Positions 54,432 through 63,525 of a stretch of DNA of 64,000 nucleotides are shown here, piece after piece. Below the pieces are notes generated by a model. It saw nothing but the letters and a program-made list of their open reading frames with translations, had not been told where the DNA came from and searched no databases. The stretch is from assembly GCA_050261175.1 (NCBI GenBank), contig JBLNDA010000018.1, positions 21,510 through 85,509 of the forward strand, read 5' to 3'. Source of the DNA: Clostridia bacterium. GTDB taxonomy: Bacteria; Bacillota; SHA-98; UBA4971. Each line of letters opens with the position of its first letter. Positions within the stretch are counted from its first letter, which is position 1. The translations under genes and the position numbers were made by a program.

Positions 54432-54554
54432 AGTGAGTTGCTGGGTGGGTGTGGTGTGATGGGAACGCCACTCGGCGATAGGCGTGCTCGAGCCGGAGCC
54501 GTGAGCGGTGGTTCGGGTGATGGCGGGCAGTGTGTGGACACGGGGGGAACGGCA

Positions 54555-55595
54555 TTGAAAGGATGCAAGTACGGGACGCATCGCGTCATCGAGCCGAAAG
54601 GAGTGCTGCCTCAGGCTGCCTGGAGAATCGACAACACCATGGTGCCGCTAGACAACGAGATCTTGGTCGACGTCGACACCCTGAACGTGGACGCGGCTAG
54701 TTTCACCCAGATCAAACAGCAAGCCGGAGGCGACGACGGCGAGATAGCGCGAATCATGCTGGGTATCGTGAGAGAGCGGGGTAAGCATCACAACCCTGCC
54801 ACGGGGTCGGGAGGCATGTTCATCGGCACGGTCCGAGAGATCGGCCCGGAGCTCGCGGGAAAGGTGAAGCTCAGACCTGGAGACAGGATAGCGAGCCTGG
54901 TCTCGCTTTCCCTCACGCCCCTTGTCATCGAGGAAATCCTCGAGATACGCAAGGACGCAGACCAGGTCAGGGTGAGAGGCCAGGCCATCCTCTTCGAGAG
55001 CGGCATTTGGGCCGTGTTGCCCTGCGACATGCCAGCTTCGCTTGCCCTGGCGGTGCTCGACGTGGCCGGCGCTCCCGCTCAGACGGCTAAGCTCGTGAGG
55101 CCTGGGGACACTGTGCTCGTTATTGGGGCGGGCGGCAAGTCCGGCCTGCTGTGCCTCCACGAAGCGAAGAAGAGGGCGGGCGTGACGGGGAGAGTCTTGG
55201 GTCTCGCGCACAGCCGGGCCAGCCTCGATCGGGTCATCGAGTCCGGGCTCGCGGACCACGCGTTCTCGAGCGACGCCACGCGTCCCCTCGAGGTGTTCGA
55301 GAAGGTGAGCGAGCTCACCTCGGGCAAGCTTGCCGATATAACGATAAACTGCGTGAACATACCTGGCACCGAGATGGCGTCGATCATGGCCACGCGCGAC
55401 AAGGGCGTCGTTTACTTCTTCAGCATGGCGACCAGCTTCACCGCGGCCGCGCTGGGGGCTGAGGGAATCGGCAAGGATGTCACGATGATCATCGGGAACG
55501 GGTATACCGAGGGCCACGCGGAAATAGCCCTCGCGACTCTCCGGGAGAACCCCGTCCTCATGGAGATGTTCTTGAGAAGATGGGCGGCCGCCTGA
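54555..55595 (+). CDS. kdd: L-erythro-3,5-diaminohexanoate dehydrogenase
   Basis: The N-terminus (L/M)KGCKYGTHRVIEPKGVLPQAAWRIDN matches the Kdd N-terminus as I recall it from Fusobacterium/Clostridium. A Rossmann motif VLVIGAGGKSG is present. The TTG at 54555 follows GGGGGG. In-frame ATG 54459 or GTG 54438 would add a 32-39 aa extension. Confidence 0.85.
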   Translation: MKGCKYGTHRVIEPKGVLPQAAWRIDNTMVPLDNEILVDVDTLNVDAASFTQIKQQAGGDDGEIARIMLGIVRERGKHHNPATGSGGMFIGTVREIGPELAGKVKLRPGDRIASLVSLSLTPLVIEEILEIRKDADQVRVRGQAILFESGIWAVLPCDMPASLALAVLDVAGAPAQTAKLVRPGDTVLVIGAGGKSGLLCLHEAKKRAGVTGRVLGLAHSRASLDRVIESGLADHAFSSDATRPLEVFEKVSELTSGKLADITINCVNIPGTEMASIMATRDKGVVYFFSMATSFTAAALGAEGIGKDVTMIIGNGYTEGHAEIALATLRENPVLMEMFLRRWAAA

Positions 55596-55610
55596 AGGCC
55601 GCCGAAGGAG

Positions 55611-56894
55611 ATGTCGGATCTGATGAGACGGTTCCGCGACATCCAGCTGTGGAAGGATGTCAGTGATAGTGAATGGAACGACTGGCACTGGCAGATACGG
55701 AACAGGGTCACTGACGTCGAGACCCTGAAAAGGGCGGTGGACTTGACACCGGAGGAAGAAGAGGGGGCAAGGCGTTGCCTCGAGCGGTTCCGCATGGCGA
55801 TAACACCATACTATGTGAGCCTCATGTCGCCCGACGACCCGCATTGCCCCGTGAGGCGGCAGGGGGTGCCGACCGCGCTCGAACTGCAGACCATGCCGTA
55901 CGACATGGTGGACCCCCTGCATGAGGACGTGGACTCACCCGTCCCGTACCTCACCCACCGGTATCCCGATAGGGTGCTGCTCCTTGTGACGACCTCTTGC
56001 TCCATGTATTGCCGGCATTGCACCAGGCGCAGGCTGGCGGGACACGAGGACGCGGCCGTGACGAGGAGAGACATCGACCTTGCCGTCGAGTACATCCGCA
56101 GGACGCCCGAAGTGCGCGACGTGCTGGTGTCCGGGGGAGACCCGCTGGTCCTCGCGGACGGGGCGATAGAGTACATCCTCCGCGCGCTGAGGGCGATAGA
56201 CCATGTGGAGGTCATCCGTATCGGAACGAGGACTCCTGTGGTCCTCCCGCAGCGGATCACGCCAGAGCTGTGCGATATGCTGAAGAAGTACCATCCTCTC
56301 TGGGTGAACACTCACTTCAACCATCCGAAGGAGGTCACCCCGGAGTCGAGGAAGGCATGTGAGATGCTGGCGGACGCCGGGATCCCCCTGGGCAACCAGT
56401 CAGTGCTCCTGCGTGGGGTGAACGATTGTCCGCACGTAATGAAGAAACTCGTGCACGAGCTCGTGAAGATGAGGGTACGCCCTTACTACATCTACCAGTG
56501 CGATCTCTCCATGGGGCTCGAGCACTTCAGGACGTCTGTCGCGAAAGGCATAGAGATCATCGAGCACCTGCGCGGCCACACGTCGGGCTTCGCGGTGCCC
56601 ACGTTCGTCGTGGACGTGCCGGGGGGCGGCGGCAAGATCCCTGTGGGGCCTCAGTACCTCATCTCCCAGGGCGAGCGCAAGGTCGTACTCCGAAACTACG
56701 AGGGCGTCATCAGCGTGTACAACGAGCCTGAGTCGTACGCCAGCTCTTGCGGCACCTGCACGATGTGCAGGGAAGCGGAGCGGGGGCCCGTGGGTATAGC
56801 GAGTCTACTCAAGGGCGATAGCGTGAGCCTGGAGCCGGGACACCTGGAAAGGCGCTCGCGCAGGCGCACGGCGTCGCAGCCTCCGCCGCGGTGA
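55611..56894 (+). CDS. kamA: Lysine 2,3-aminomutase (radical SAM/PLP)
   Basis: CSMYCRHCTRRR (CX3CX2C), VLVSGGDPL, IRIGTRTPVVLPQRIT and NHPKE are present, and the overall length is typical of KamA. Confidence 0.93.
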   Translation: MSDLMRRFRDIQLWKDVSDSEWNDWHWQIRNRVTDVETLKRAVDLTPEEEEGARRCLERFRMAITPYYVSLMSPDDPHCPVRRQGVPTALELQTMPYDMVDPLHEDVDSPVPYLTHRYPDRVLLLVTTSCSMYCRHCTRRRLAGHEDAAVTRRDIDLAVEYIRRTPEVRDVLVSGGDPLVLADGAIEYILRALRAIDHVEVIRIGTRTPVVLPQRITPELCDMLKKYHPLWVNTHFNHPKEVTPESRKACEMLADAGIPLGNQSVLLRGVNDCPHVMKKLVHELVKMRVRPYYIYQCDLSMGLEHFRTSVAKGIEIIEHLRGHTSGFAVPTFVVDVPGGGGKIPVGPQYLISQGERKVVLRNYEGVISVYNEPESYASSCGTCTMCREAERGPVGIASLLKGDSVSLEPGHLERRSRRRTASQPPPR

Positions 56895-57035
56895 CGCGCG
56901 GGCCTGCAGAGGGAACGAGGCGCCCAACCCCGGGTGTGCACGGACCGATCTTGACTCGACAGCGCACTCCAGATGATGTCGCGCCCGCCTCGGGCAGGGT
57001 GGCGGGTGACCGAAGCGAAGGAAGGGGTGAGTGCG

Positions 57036-58127
57036 ATGGCTGGACTCAAACCCAACATTGCCGACATCGTCCTGGCGGCCGGCAGCAGCGTGGCCGTGGT
57101 GGGAATGGCCAAGAACTGCGGCAAGACCGTGACCCTCGGGGCCATACTCCAGGGACTTGCCGCAAGGGGAATACCCGTGGGGGTGGCTTCCGCGGGGCGG
57201 GACGGCGAGGAAGTGGATGCCGTTACTATGTTGCCGAAACCCCCGATATCGCTTCCCATGGGAGCGCTTTTCGCCACCGCCGAGCATCTCGCGGCCAGGG
57301 CGCGGGCCAGGGTGGAGCCGGTGGCCTCGACTCGCCACGCGTCGGCCCTGGGCCGCCTGGTCGTGTACCGGACCCTCACGCCAGGGACAGTGGAGATAGG
57401 CGGCGGGAACAGCGTCGCGGCGGCGCGAGACGCCATCGCGCTCATGCGCCAGCTCGGGGCGCGATTCGTGGCGATCGATGGAGCAGCGGGAAGGAAGTTC
57501 TCGTGCGCTCCGTCGCTTGTCGAAGCCACGGTGCTTGCCACGGGCGCCGCTCTCGCCGAGACAGTGGACGGAGCCACGCGCCGCAGCGCTCACACCGTCC
57601 GGATCCTCACAGTACCGGGATGGGATGCCCGGGCGGCGGGCCGGCTTGGGGGGGGCCCGCTCTCTCGCTGCGACGTGGTGCTGGTACGCCGGGACGGCTC
57701 CCTCGGCCGCCTGTCGGTGCCGAGCGTGCTCCTCAGGGCGGATGAGTTGGCAGGCGCGGTCACTGAAGACTTCGAGGCAGTCGTCATCGGAGGCGCGCTC
57801 ACCAGCGGCTTCCTCCGCGCCCTTCTGAGGAGGGGCAGGGCTCTGGGCCTCACAGTGGTCGTGCGGGACGCCACGAGGATCTTGGCGGAGACTGTGGACA
57901 TCGAGCGGTTCTGGTCCGCCGGGGGGAGACTGGCCGCCATGCACCCCATCAGGCTCGTGGCCGTCACTGCGAACCCGACGGCGCCGGACGGTCGGCGGTT
58001 CGACTCCGCTCTCTTTCTCGACAAGTTGGGGCAGGCGGTCGCTCCCGTGCCTGCATTCGACGTTGTCGCGGGGACTGCCCGCGTCCCTCCGGTTGGGAGC
58101 GGAATGGGCGTCGCGGCGTCGTGGTGA
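57036..58127 (+). CDS. P-loop NTPase of unknown function in the kamA-kamD slot (candidate 5,6-aminomutase reactivase/chaperone component)
   Basis: A Walker A-like VAVVGMAKNCGKT sits 20 aa from the N-terminus. The rest is Ala/Gly/Arg-rich with no motif I recognise. ATG 57036 follows GGGGTGA. The gene is flanked by kamA and kamD on the same strand. Confidence 0.5.
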   Translation: MAGLKPNIADIVLAAGSSVAVVGMAKNCGKTVTLGAILQGLAARGIPVGVASAGRDGEEVDAVTMLPKPPISLPMGALFATAEHLAARARARVEPVASTRHASALGRLVVYRTLTPGTVEIGGGNSVAAARDAIALMRQLGARFVAIDGAAGRKFSCAPSLVEATVLATGAALAETVDGATRRSAHTVRILTVPGWDARAAGRLGGGPLSRCDVVLVRRDGSLGRLSVPSVLLRADELAGAVTEDFEAVVIGGALTSGFLRALLRRGRALGLTVVVRDATRILAETVDIERFWSAGGRLAAMHPIRLVAVTANPTAPDGRRFDSALFLDKLGQAVAPVPAFDVVAGTARVPPVGSGMGVAASW

Positions 58128-58263
58128 GGTCGCGCTGCTTGGGCGCAGGAAGACACCATCATGTGGCTTCCGCCGGGCCGGAGCGCACCGGGGACAACGG
58201 ATCCGCGCCTCCCGCTGCGGGGTGCGGCGACGCGCGGATCCCGGGAGAGGGGGAGGATGTCGC

Positions 58264-59970
58264 GTGGGCAAGATCAGACTCGACATGTCCCTTGTCGAGC
58301 GGGCAAGGCGAGCCGCCCGCTACATCGCGGACGGCGTGGAGCCCGAAATCGCCGGCAACACCACCACGACCATCGAGAGAACGGTGCTGCGTCTGCTCGG
58401 GCTGAACGGCGTGGACGAGGACGGCGTCCCGCTCCCCAACGTGATAGTGGAGCGGGCGCAAGCGGCGGGGCTCCTGGGTGACGGCATAGCGTATTGGATA
58501 GGATCGGCGATGGTGCAAGAGGGGCGGCCCGCATCGGAAGTGGCGAAGATGATCGCCCGCGGCGACCTCCGTCTCGAAGACATCCATCCCGCTGACGACG
58601 AGGCCGTGCGGGAGGCGGTGGAAGCCGAGGCCGCGCGCATGTGCGCCTACATCAGAGGCCGCCGCCATGAGCGCGAGCGCCTCATCGAGGAGCTCGACAC
58701 GGCGCAGCCGCCGTACATCTACGTGATCGTGGCCACAGGGAACATCTACGAGGACGTAACCCAAGCCAAGGCCGCCGCGAAGTGCGGCGCCGACATAATC
58801 GCCGTCATCCGGAGCACGGCCCAGAGCTTGCTGGACTACGTGCCTTACGGTGCGACTACCGAAGGTTACGGCGGAACGTACGCGACCCAGGCTAACTTCA
58901 GAATCATGCGCCAAGCCCTGGACGAGGTGAGCCGGGAGTGCGGCAGGTACATACGCCTCGTGAACTACTGCTCCGGGTTGTGCATGCCCGAGATCGCGGC
59001 CATGGGCGCCATGGAGCGCCTTGACATGATGCTCAACGACGCCATGTACGGCGTGCTGTTCCGCGACATCAACATGCGGCGCACTTTCATCGACCAGCGC
59101 TTCTCCAGAATGATAAACGCGTACGCTGGGGTGATCATCAATACGGGCGAGGACAACTACCTCACCACGGCCGACGCGTACGAGCACGCCCACACGGTCC
59201 TGGCGTCGCAGTTCATCAACGAGGAACTTGCCTTGCGCTCGGGACTCCGTCCGGAGCAGATCGGACTTGGACACGCGTTCCAGATGAACCCAGACATGAC
59301 AGACGGCTTTCTCTATGAGCTCGCGCAGGCGGAGATGGTGCGGGCCATATTCCCCGACGCGCCGCTCAAGTACATGCCTCCCACCAAGCACATGACGGGG
59401 AACATCTTCAAAGGCCATCTCATGGACGCCATGTTCAACCTGGCGGGCGTGATCTCGGGCCAGACCATCCAGCTCGTGGGCGTGCTCACCGAACACATAC
59501 ACACCCCGTTCCTGCAGGACAGGCACCTGGCCATCGAGAACGCCAGATACGTCATGAACAATGCGCGGGACTTCGGACGCGAGATATGCTACCGGGCCGG
59601 CGGCAAGATGGAGGAGCGGGCGAACGAGGTCCTCACGAAGGCCACGGCCATGCTAGAGCACGTCGCGGAGATCGGGCTCATGTCCGCGGTATCCCAGGGA
59701 ATGTTCGCCGGGGTCAGAAGGGACCCGCGAGGCGGTCGCGGCCTCGACGGGGTGGTGAGCAAACGCGACGGGTACTACAATCCATTCCCCACGCTGCTCA
59801 TGAAGGAGCTCTCATCTCCGGGCTTCGCGCCGAGGCTCTGGCGCGCCCGGGTTCAGGCCCGGGAGCAAGACCAAGCGCAAGATCAAGCGCAAGACCAGGC
59901 GCAGGATCAGGCGGGAGCTGAGACGAAAGTTCGGGCGCGGGCCGCGGCTGAAAGGGGGCGGTGGGGATGA
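58264..59970 (+). CDS. kamD: Beta-lysine (D-lysine) 5,6-aminomutase alpha subunit, with ~50-aa C-terminal extension
   Basis: LDMSLVERARRAARYIA...TTTTIERTVLRLLGLNGVDEDGVPLPNVIV and the long TIM-barrel body match KamD. GTG 58264 follows GGGGGAGGA. The upstream part of track ORF 58063..59970 is filler. Confidence 0.9.
   Translation: MGKIRLDMSLVERARRAARYIADGVEPEIAGNTTTTIERTVLRLLGLNGVDEDGVPLPNVIVERAQAAGLLGDGIAYWIGSAMVQEGRPASEVAKMIARGDLRLEDIHPADDEAVREAVEAEAARMCAYIRGRRHERERLIEELDTAQPPYIYVIVATGNIYEDVTQAKAAAKCGADIIAVIRSTAQSLLDYVPYGATTEGYGGTYATQANFRIMRQALDEVSRECGRYIRLVNYCSGLCMPEIAAMGAMERLDMMLNDAMYGVLFRDINMRRTFIDQRFSRMINAYAGVIINTGEDNYLTTADAYEHAHTVLASQFINEELALRSGLRPEQIGLGHAFQMNPDMTDGFLYELAQAEMVRAIFPDAPLKYMPPTKHMTGNIFKGHLMDAMFNLAGVISGQTIQLVGVLTEHIHTPFLQDRHLAIENARYVMNNARDFGREICYRAGGKMEERANEVLTKATAMLEHVAEIGLMSAVSQGMFAGVRRDPRGGRGLDGVVSKRDGYYNPFPTLLMKELSSPGFAPRLWRARVQAREQDQAQDQAQDQAQDQAGAETKVRARAAAERGRWG
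59866..59913 (+). repeat. 12-bp tandem repeat x4 (CAAGACCAAGCG-like) encoding (QDQA)4 in the KamD tail
   Basis: The four units are CAAGACCAAGCG, CAAGATCAAGCG, CAAGACCAGGCG and CAGGATCAGGCG, at 59866, 59878, 59890 and 59902. Confidence 0.9.
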
Positions 59971-60734
59971 TGGCGCCCGGTGTGAAACTGGATCTCACCA
60001 GGGTGCGGCCGTACGGTGACACCCTGGACGACGGGTGGGTGCAGATGAGCTTCACGCTGCCGGTCCCGTGCGGGCCTGAGGCGAGTAGGGCGGCGGAGCT
60101 GCTCTGCGAGAAGATGGGTCTCGACGACGTGCGGCTGGTGTACAGCCACGACATCGCCGGCAGCTTCACGTTCTTTGTCGTGTACGGCAGGTGCGTGCAC
60201 TCGGTTGACTTCACCGCGATAGACGTCCCGAAGGTCAACATGAGGCACATGACGTTCGATGAAATCAATGAGTTCATCGAAAGGCGCATCGGCAGGAAGA
60301 TCGTGGTCGTGGCGGCATGTACCGGCACCGACGCCCACACCGTCGGGATCGACGCGATAATCAACATGAAAGGGTACGCAGGTGAATACGGGCTCGAGCG
60401 GTACCCGTGGTTCATCGCGTACAATCTCGGGAGCCAAGTGCCGAACGAATCGCTGGTGGCCAAGGCCGTCGAGGTCGGCGCGGACGCCATCTTGGTCTCG
60501 CAAGTCGTGACCCAGAAGAACATCCACATCGACAACCTCACCAACCTGGCGGAGCTGGTGGAGGCGGAAGGCATCCGTGACAAGGTCCTGCTGATAATGG
60601 GAGGTCCGAGGATAACTCACGAGCTCGCGGTGGAGCTCGGGTATGACGCCGGGTTCGGACCAGGCACTCTCCCGTCGCACGTCGGTGCGTTCATAGCCCA
60701 GGAACTCGCGAGGCGCATGGGTGCGGCCGGGTGA
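59961..60734 (+). CDS. kamE: Beta-lysine 5,6-aminomutase beta subunit (B12- and PLP-binding)
   Basis: LDLTRVRPYGDTLDDGWVQMSFTLP is present, along with the B12-binding motif DAHTVG within VVVAACTGTDAHTVGIDAIINMKGYAG, and GGPRI. The start may be GTG 59961 or ATG 59967 (AAGGGGG 8 nt upstream). It overlaps the kamD stop. Confidence 0.92.
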   Translation: MGMMAPGVKLDLTRVRPYGDTLDDGWVQMSFTLPVPCGPEASRAAELLCEKMGLDDVRLVYSHDIAGSFTFFVVYGRCVHSVDFTAIDVPKVNMRHMTFDEINEFIERRIGRKIVVVAACTGTDAHTVGIDAIINMKGYAGEYGLERYPWFIAYNLGSQVPNESLVAKAVEVGADAILVSQVVTQKNIHIDNLTNLAELVEAEGIRDKVLLIMGGPRITHELAVELGYDAGFGPGTLPSHVGAFIAQELARRMGAAG

Positions 60735-60837
60735 AGTCGCGTCGCGGCGCGGGCGCGGCGCATAGTCCACAGTGGGACCGTGGGGGTTTCCTCGTTCGGA
60801 ACGAATCGCCTGCGAACCGGCGAGGGGAGGCGGTGGA

Positions 60838-61239
60838 GTGGAAGAGTCCCTGATAAGAGTGAGAATGAGCCAGAGTGACAGCCACTACGGTGGGGGAATA
60901 GTGGACGGCGGGCGCCTCATGCAGCTCCTGAGCGACGTGGCGACCGAACTCCTCATCCGGCACGACGGGGACGAGGGGCTGTTCCGGGCGTATGACAACG
61001 TGGAATTCCTCGTGCCGGTGTACGCGGGAGACTACCTCGAGGCCAGGGGACGCATCACTGCTGTGGGCAACACGTCGCGCAGGATGGAGTTCACCATCCA
61101 TAAGGTGATTGCTTCCGTGGCGCAAGATTCGTCGTCCGCCGAGGTGCTCCCGGAACCGGTGCTCGTGCTCCGGGCGAGCGGAACGTGCGTCGTGCCGAAG
61201 GACAGGCAACGCAGGAGGGGCGAGCATGGCCACGGATAA
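60838..61239 (+). CDS. kal: 3-aminobutyryl-CoA ammonia-lyase (hotdog fold)
   Basis: The ~133-aa product, with [56 protein letters not shown], has the size, fold pattern and operon position of Kal. GTG 60838 follows GGGGAGG. Confidence 0.75.
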   Translation: MEESLIRVRMSQSDSHYGGGIVDGGRLMQLLSDVATELLIRHDGDEGLFRAYDNVEFLVPVYAGDYLEARGRITAVGNTSRRMEFTIHKVIASVAQDSSSAEVLPEPVLVLRASGTCVVPKDRQRRRGEHGHG

Positions 61240-62053
61240 GCTCATAATAACGGCGGCATTGACCGGCGCAGAGACCACGAGGGCGGACAATCCGAACCTC
61301 CCGATGACGCCGGAGGAGATAGCGCAGGCGGCGGCGGAGGCGCGCGAGGCCGGGGCGTCCATCGTCCACCTCCACGTCCGCGACAGCGAAGGTAGGCCCA
61401 CCCAAGACGTGGATGTGTTCCGGAGGACCGCCTCCCTGATCCGCGAGAGGTGCGACTGTATCGTGCAGCTGTCGACCGGCGGCGCGGTGGGCACTCCGCC
61501 CGAGGAAAGGCTGCGCCCGCTGGACCTCGTTCCGGAGATGGCGACGCTGACGTGCGGCACGGTGAACTTCGGGAACGCGGTGTTTGAGAACCCGCCGCAG
61601 CTCGTTGAGGCGTTTGCCAGGAGGATGGCAGAACTGGGCGTAAAACCCGAGCTCGAGATTTTCGACGTCGGCATGATCGCAAGCGCTTTGAGACTGGCCA
61701 AACAGGGGCTGGTCAAGGAGCCCCTGTACTTCGACTTTGTGATGGGGGTCCCCGGGGGCATCCCCGGGACCATCGACAACCTGATGCACCTGGTGCGTCA
61801 GATCCCCGCGGGGGCCATGTGGCAGGTGGCGGGAATAGGAAGGGCCGAGCTTCCCCTCGCCGTGGTGGCCATAGTCGCGGGCGGTCACGTGAGGGTGGGA
61901 TTCGAGGACAACGTGTACTACTCCAAGGGCGTGTTGGCCAAGAGCAACGCACAGCTCGTGGCGCGCGTCGCCCGCATCGCGCGGGAAGTCGGAAGGGACG
62001 TGGCCACCCCCGCCGAGGCCCGGCAGATGCTGGGTATCACGCAGGCAAGGTGA
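61226..62053 (+). CDS. kce: 3-keto-5-aminohexanoate cleavage enzyme (BKACE/DUF849)
   Basis: [48 protein letters not shown] and [11 protein letters not shown] are the BKACE family blocks. It overlaps the kal stop by 14 nt. Confidence 0.9.
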   Translation: MATDKLIITAALTGAETTRADNPNLPMTPEEIAQAAAEAREAGASIVHLHVRDSEGRPTQDVDVFRRTASLIRERCDCIVQLSTGGAVGTPPEERLRPLDLVPEMATLTCGTVNFGNAVFENPPQLVEAFARRMAELGVKPELEIFDVGMIASALRLAKQGLVKEPLYFDFVMGVPGGIPGTIDNLMHLVRQIPAGAMWQVAGIGRAELPLAVVAIVAGGHVRVGFEDNVYYSKGVLAKSNAQLVARVARIAREVGRDVATPAEARQMLGITQAR

Positions 62054-62186
62054 CCCCCGGCCAACACGGCGGCGGTGCGTTCGTTGCGGAAACGGCCTCC
62101 ATATCGCCGGCGTGGTCGTTCCGTCAGAAACCGCGAGGACAGCAGAATAAGGTGAGCGTGAGAGGGCCGCGAAGGAGGGATTGGGG

Positions 62187-62840
62187 ATGAACAAGGTGAA
62201 ATCCATCGCCGACGCGGTGGACCTTCTTCACGACGGAATGACGGTGATGCTCCCGGGGTTCTTGGGGTTGGGGACTCCAAAGGCGCTGATCGACGCGGTG
62301 TGCTCAAAGGGCGTCAGAGACCTCACAGTCATCTGCAATGACGGCGCATTCCCCGACGTGGGATTCGGGAAGCTCGTAAGGCGGGGCCTCGTACGGAAGC
62401 TGATCGGGACGCACACAGGCACCAATCCAGAACTCGTGAAGCTCGTGGCGGAGAAGAGAATCGATCTCGAGCTGTATCCCCAGGGCACGTTGGTCGAGAA
62501 GATCCGGGCGGCGGGTGCGGGTCTCGGGGGTATCCTCACACCCACCGGGGTAGGCACTGCGGTCGAGGAGGGCAAGACCATGATGGAGATAGACGGCAGG
62601 GCCTACCTGCTCGAGCTGCCGCTGCGCGCTGACGTTGCGCTGTTGTACTCCCACATCGGGGACACTTTCGGGAATCTCGTCTATCGGAGGGCGGCCAGGA
62701 ACTTCAACCCCATAATGGCTGGCGCTGCTGACCTCGTGATCGCGGAGGTCGAGAACCTGGTCGAGGTGGGGGAGATCGACCCCGATAGCGTCATGACGCC
62801 CGGGATTCTCGTGGACGTCGTCGTGAGGGGGCGTGAATGA
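62187..62840 (+). CDS. atoD: Butyrate--acetoacetate (3-oxoacid) CoA-transferase subunit A
   Basis: MTVMLPGFLGLGTPKALI, ELYPQGTLVEKIRAAGAGLGG and the overall length are typical. ATG 62187 follows AGGAGGG. Confidence 0.9.
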   Translation: MNKVKSIADAVDLLHDGMTVMLPGFLGLGTPKALIDAVCSKGVRDLTVICNDGAFPDVGFGKLVRRGLVRKLIGTHTGTNPELVKLVAEKRIDLELYPQGTLVEKIRAAGAGLGGILTPTGVGTAVEEGKTMMEIDGRAYLLELPLRADVALLYSHIGDTFGNLVYRRAARNFNPIMAGAADLVIAEVENLVEVGEIDPDSVMTPGILVDVVVRGRE

Positions 62841-63502
62841 TGGGCGCAGATGCCAGTCGCGAGCTGATAGCGAAGCGGATCGCGCGAGAACTCAAGCGTG
62901 GCGAGGTAGTGAACCTCGGCATAGGCACGCCTACGCTGGTAGCCAACTACATAACTCCGGAGATGAACATCACTCTGCATTCAGAGAACGGATTCCTCGG
63001 CCTGGGGCCGGCCCCTCCTCCCGGCCAGGAGATTCCCGACCTCGTGAACGCAGGCGGGCAGCCGGTCACCGTCGTCCCGGGAGCGTGCTTCTTCGACACG
63101 GCGATGTCCTTCGTGATAGTCCGTGGCGGACACATCGATGTGACCGTCCTCGGAGCGCTCGAGGTTGACGAGGAGGGAAGCCTCGCCAATTGGTGGATAC
63201 CCGGGAAGGGCGGGCCGGGCATGGGCGGTGGGATGGATCTCGTGGTGGGGGCCAAGCGGGTCATCGTCGCCATGGAGCATACTAGAAAGGACGGCGCGCC
63301 CAAGATCGTTCCTCGATGCACCATGCCCATTACGGCAAGGGGTGAAGTCGACCTCATCGTCACGGACATGGCCGTCATCGAGGTCACCAGGGAAGGCCTG
63401 GTCCTCAGGGAAGTGGCTCCCGGTGTATCGGTGTCGGACGTACTGGCGAAGACCGCCGCGCGCCTCATCGTGCCGCAACAGGTAAACGAGATCGTCACTT
63501 AG
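62837..63502 (+). CDS. atoA: Butyrate--acetoacetate CoA-transferase subunit B
   Basis: VVNLGIGTPTL and the catalytic-Glu motif HSENG are present. It overlaps the atoD stop (ATGA). Confidence 0.9.
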   Translation: MMGADASRELIAKRIARELKRGEVVNLGIGTPTLVANYITPEMNITLHSENGFLGLGPAPPPGQEIPDLVNAGGQPVTVVPGACFFDTAMSFVIVRGGHIDVTVLGALEVDEEGSLANWWIPGKGGPGMGGGMDLVVGAKRVIVAMEHTRKDGAPKIVPRCTMPITARGEVDLIVTDMAVIEVTREGLVLREVAPGVSVSDVLAKTAARLIVPQQVNEIVT

Positions 63503-63525
63503 GCGGAGAGAGATGGGAGCATAGA

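Noticed and set aside
15453-62210. Other long minus-strand ORFs: 15453..16598, 17372..18433, 27005..28273, 41128..42210, 50383..51690, 54648..55922, 56805..58286, 58159..59526 and 61091..62206
   Set aside because: All are antisense to confidently identified + strand genes (murC, murA, rSAM, rluD, purH, kdd/kamA, the P-loop gene/kamD, kce). All show the same Arg/Pro/His/Gly-rich filler composition.
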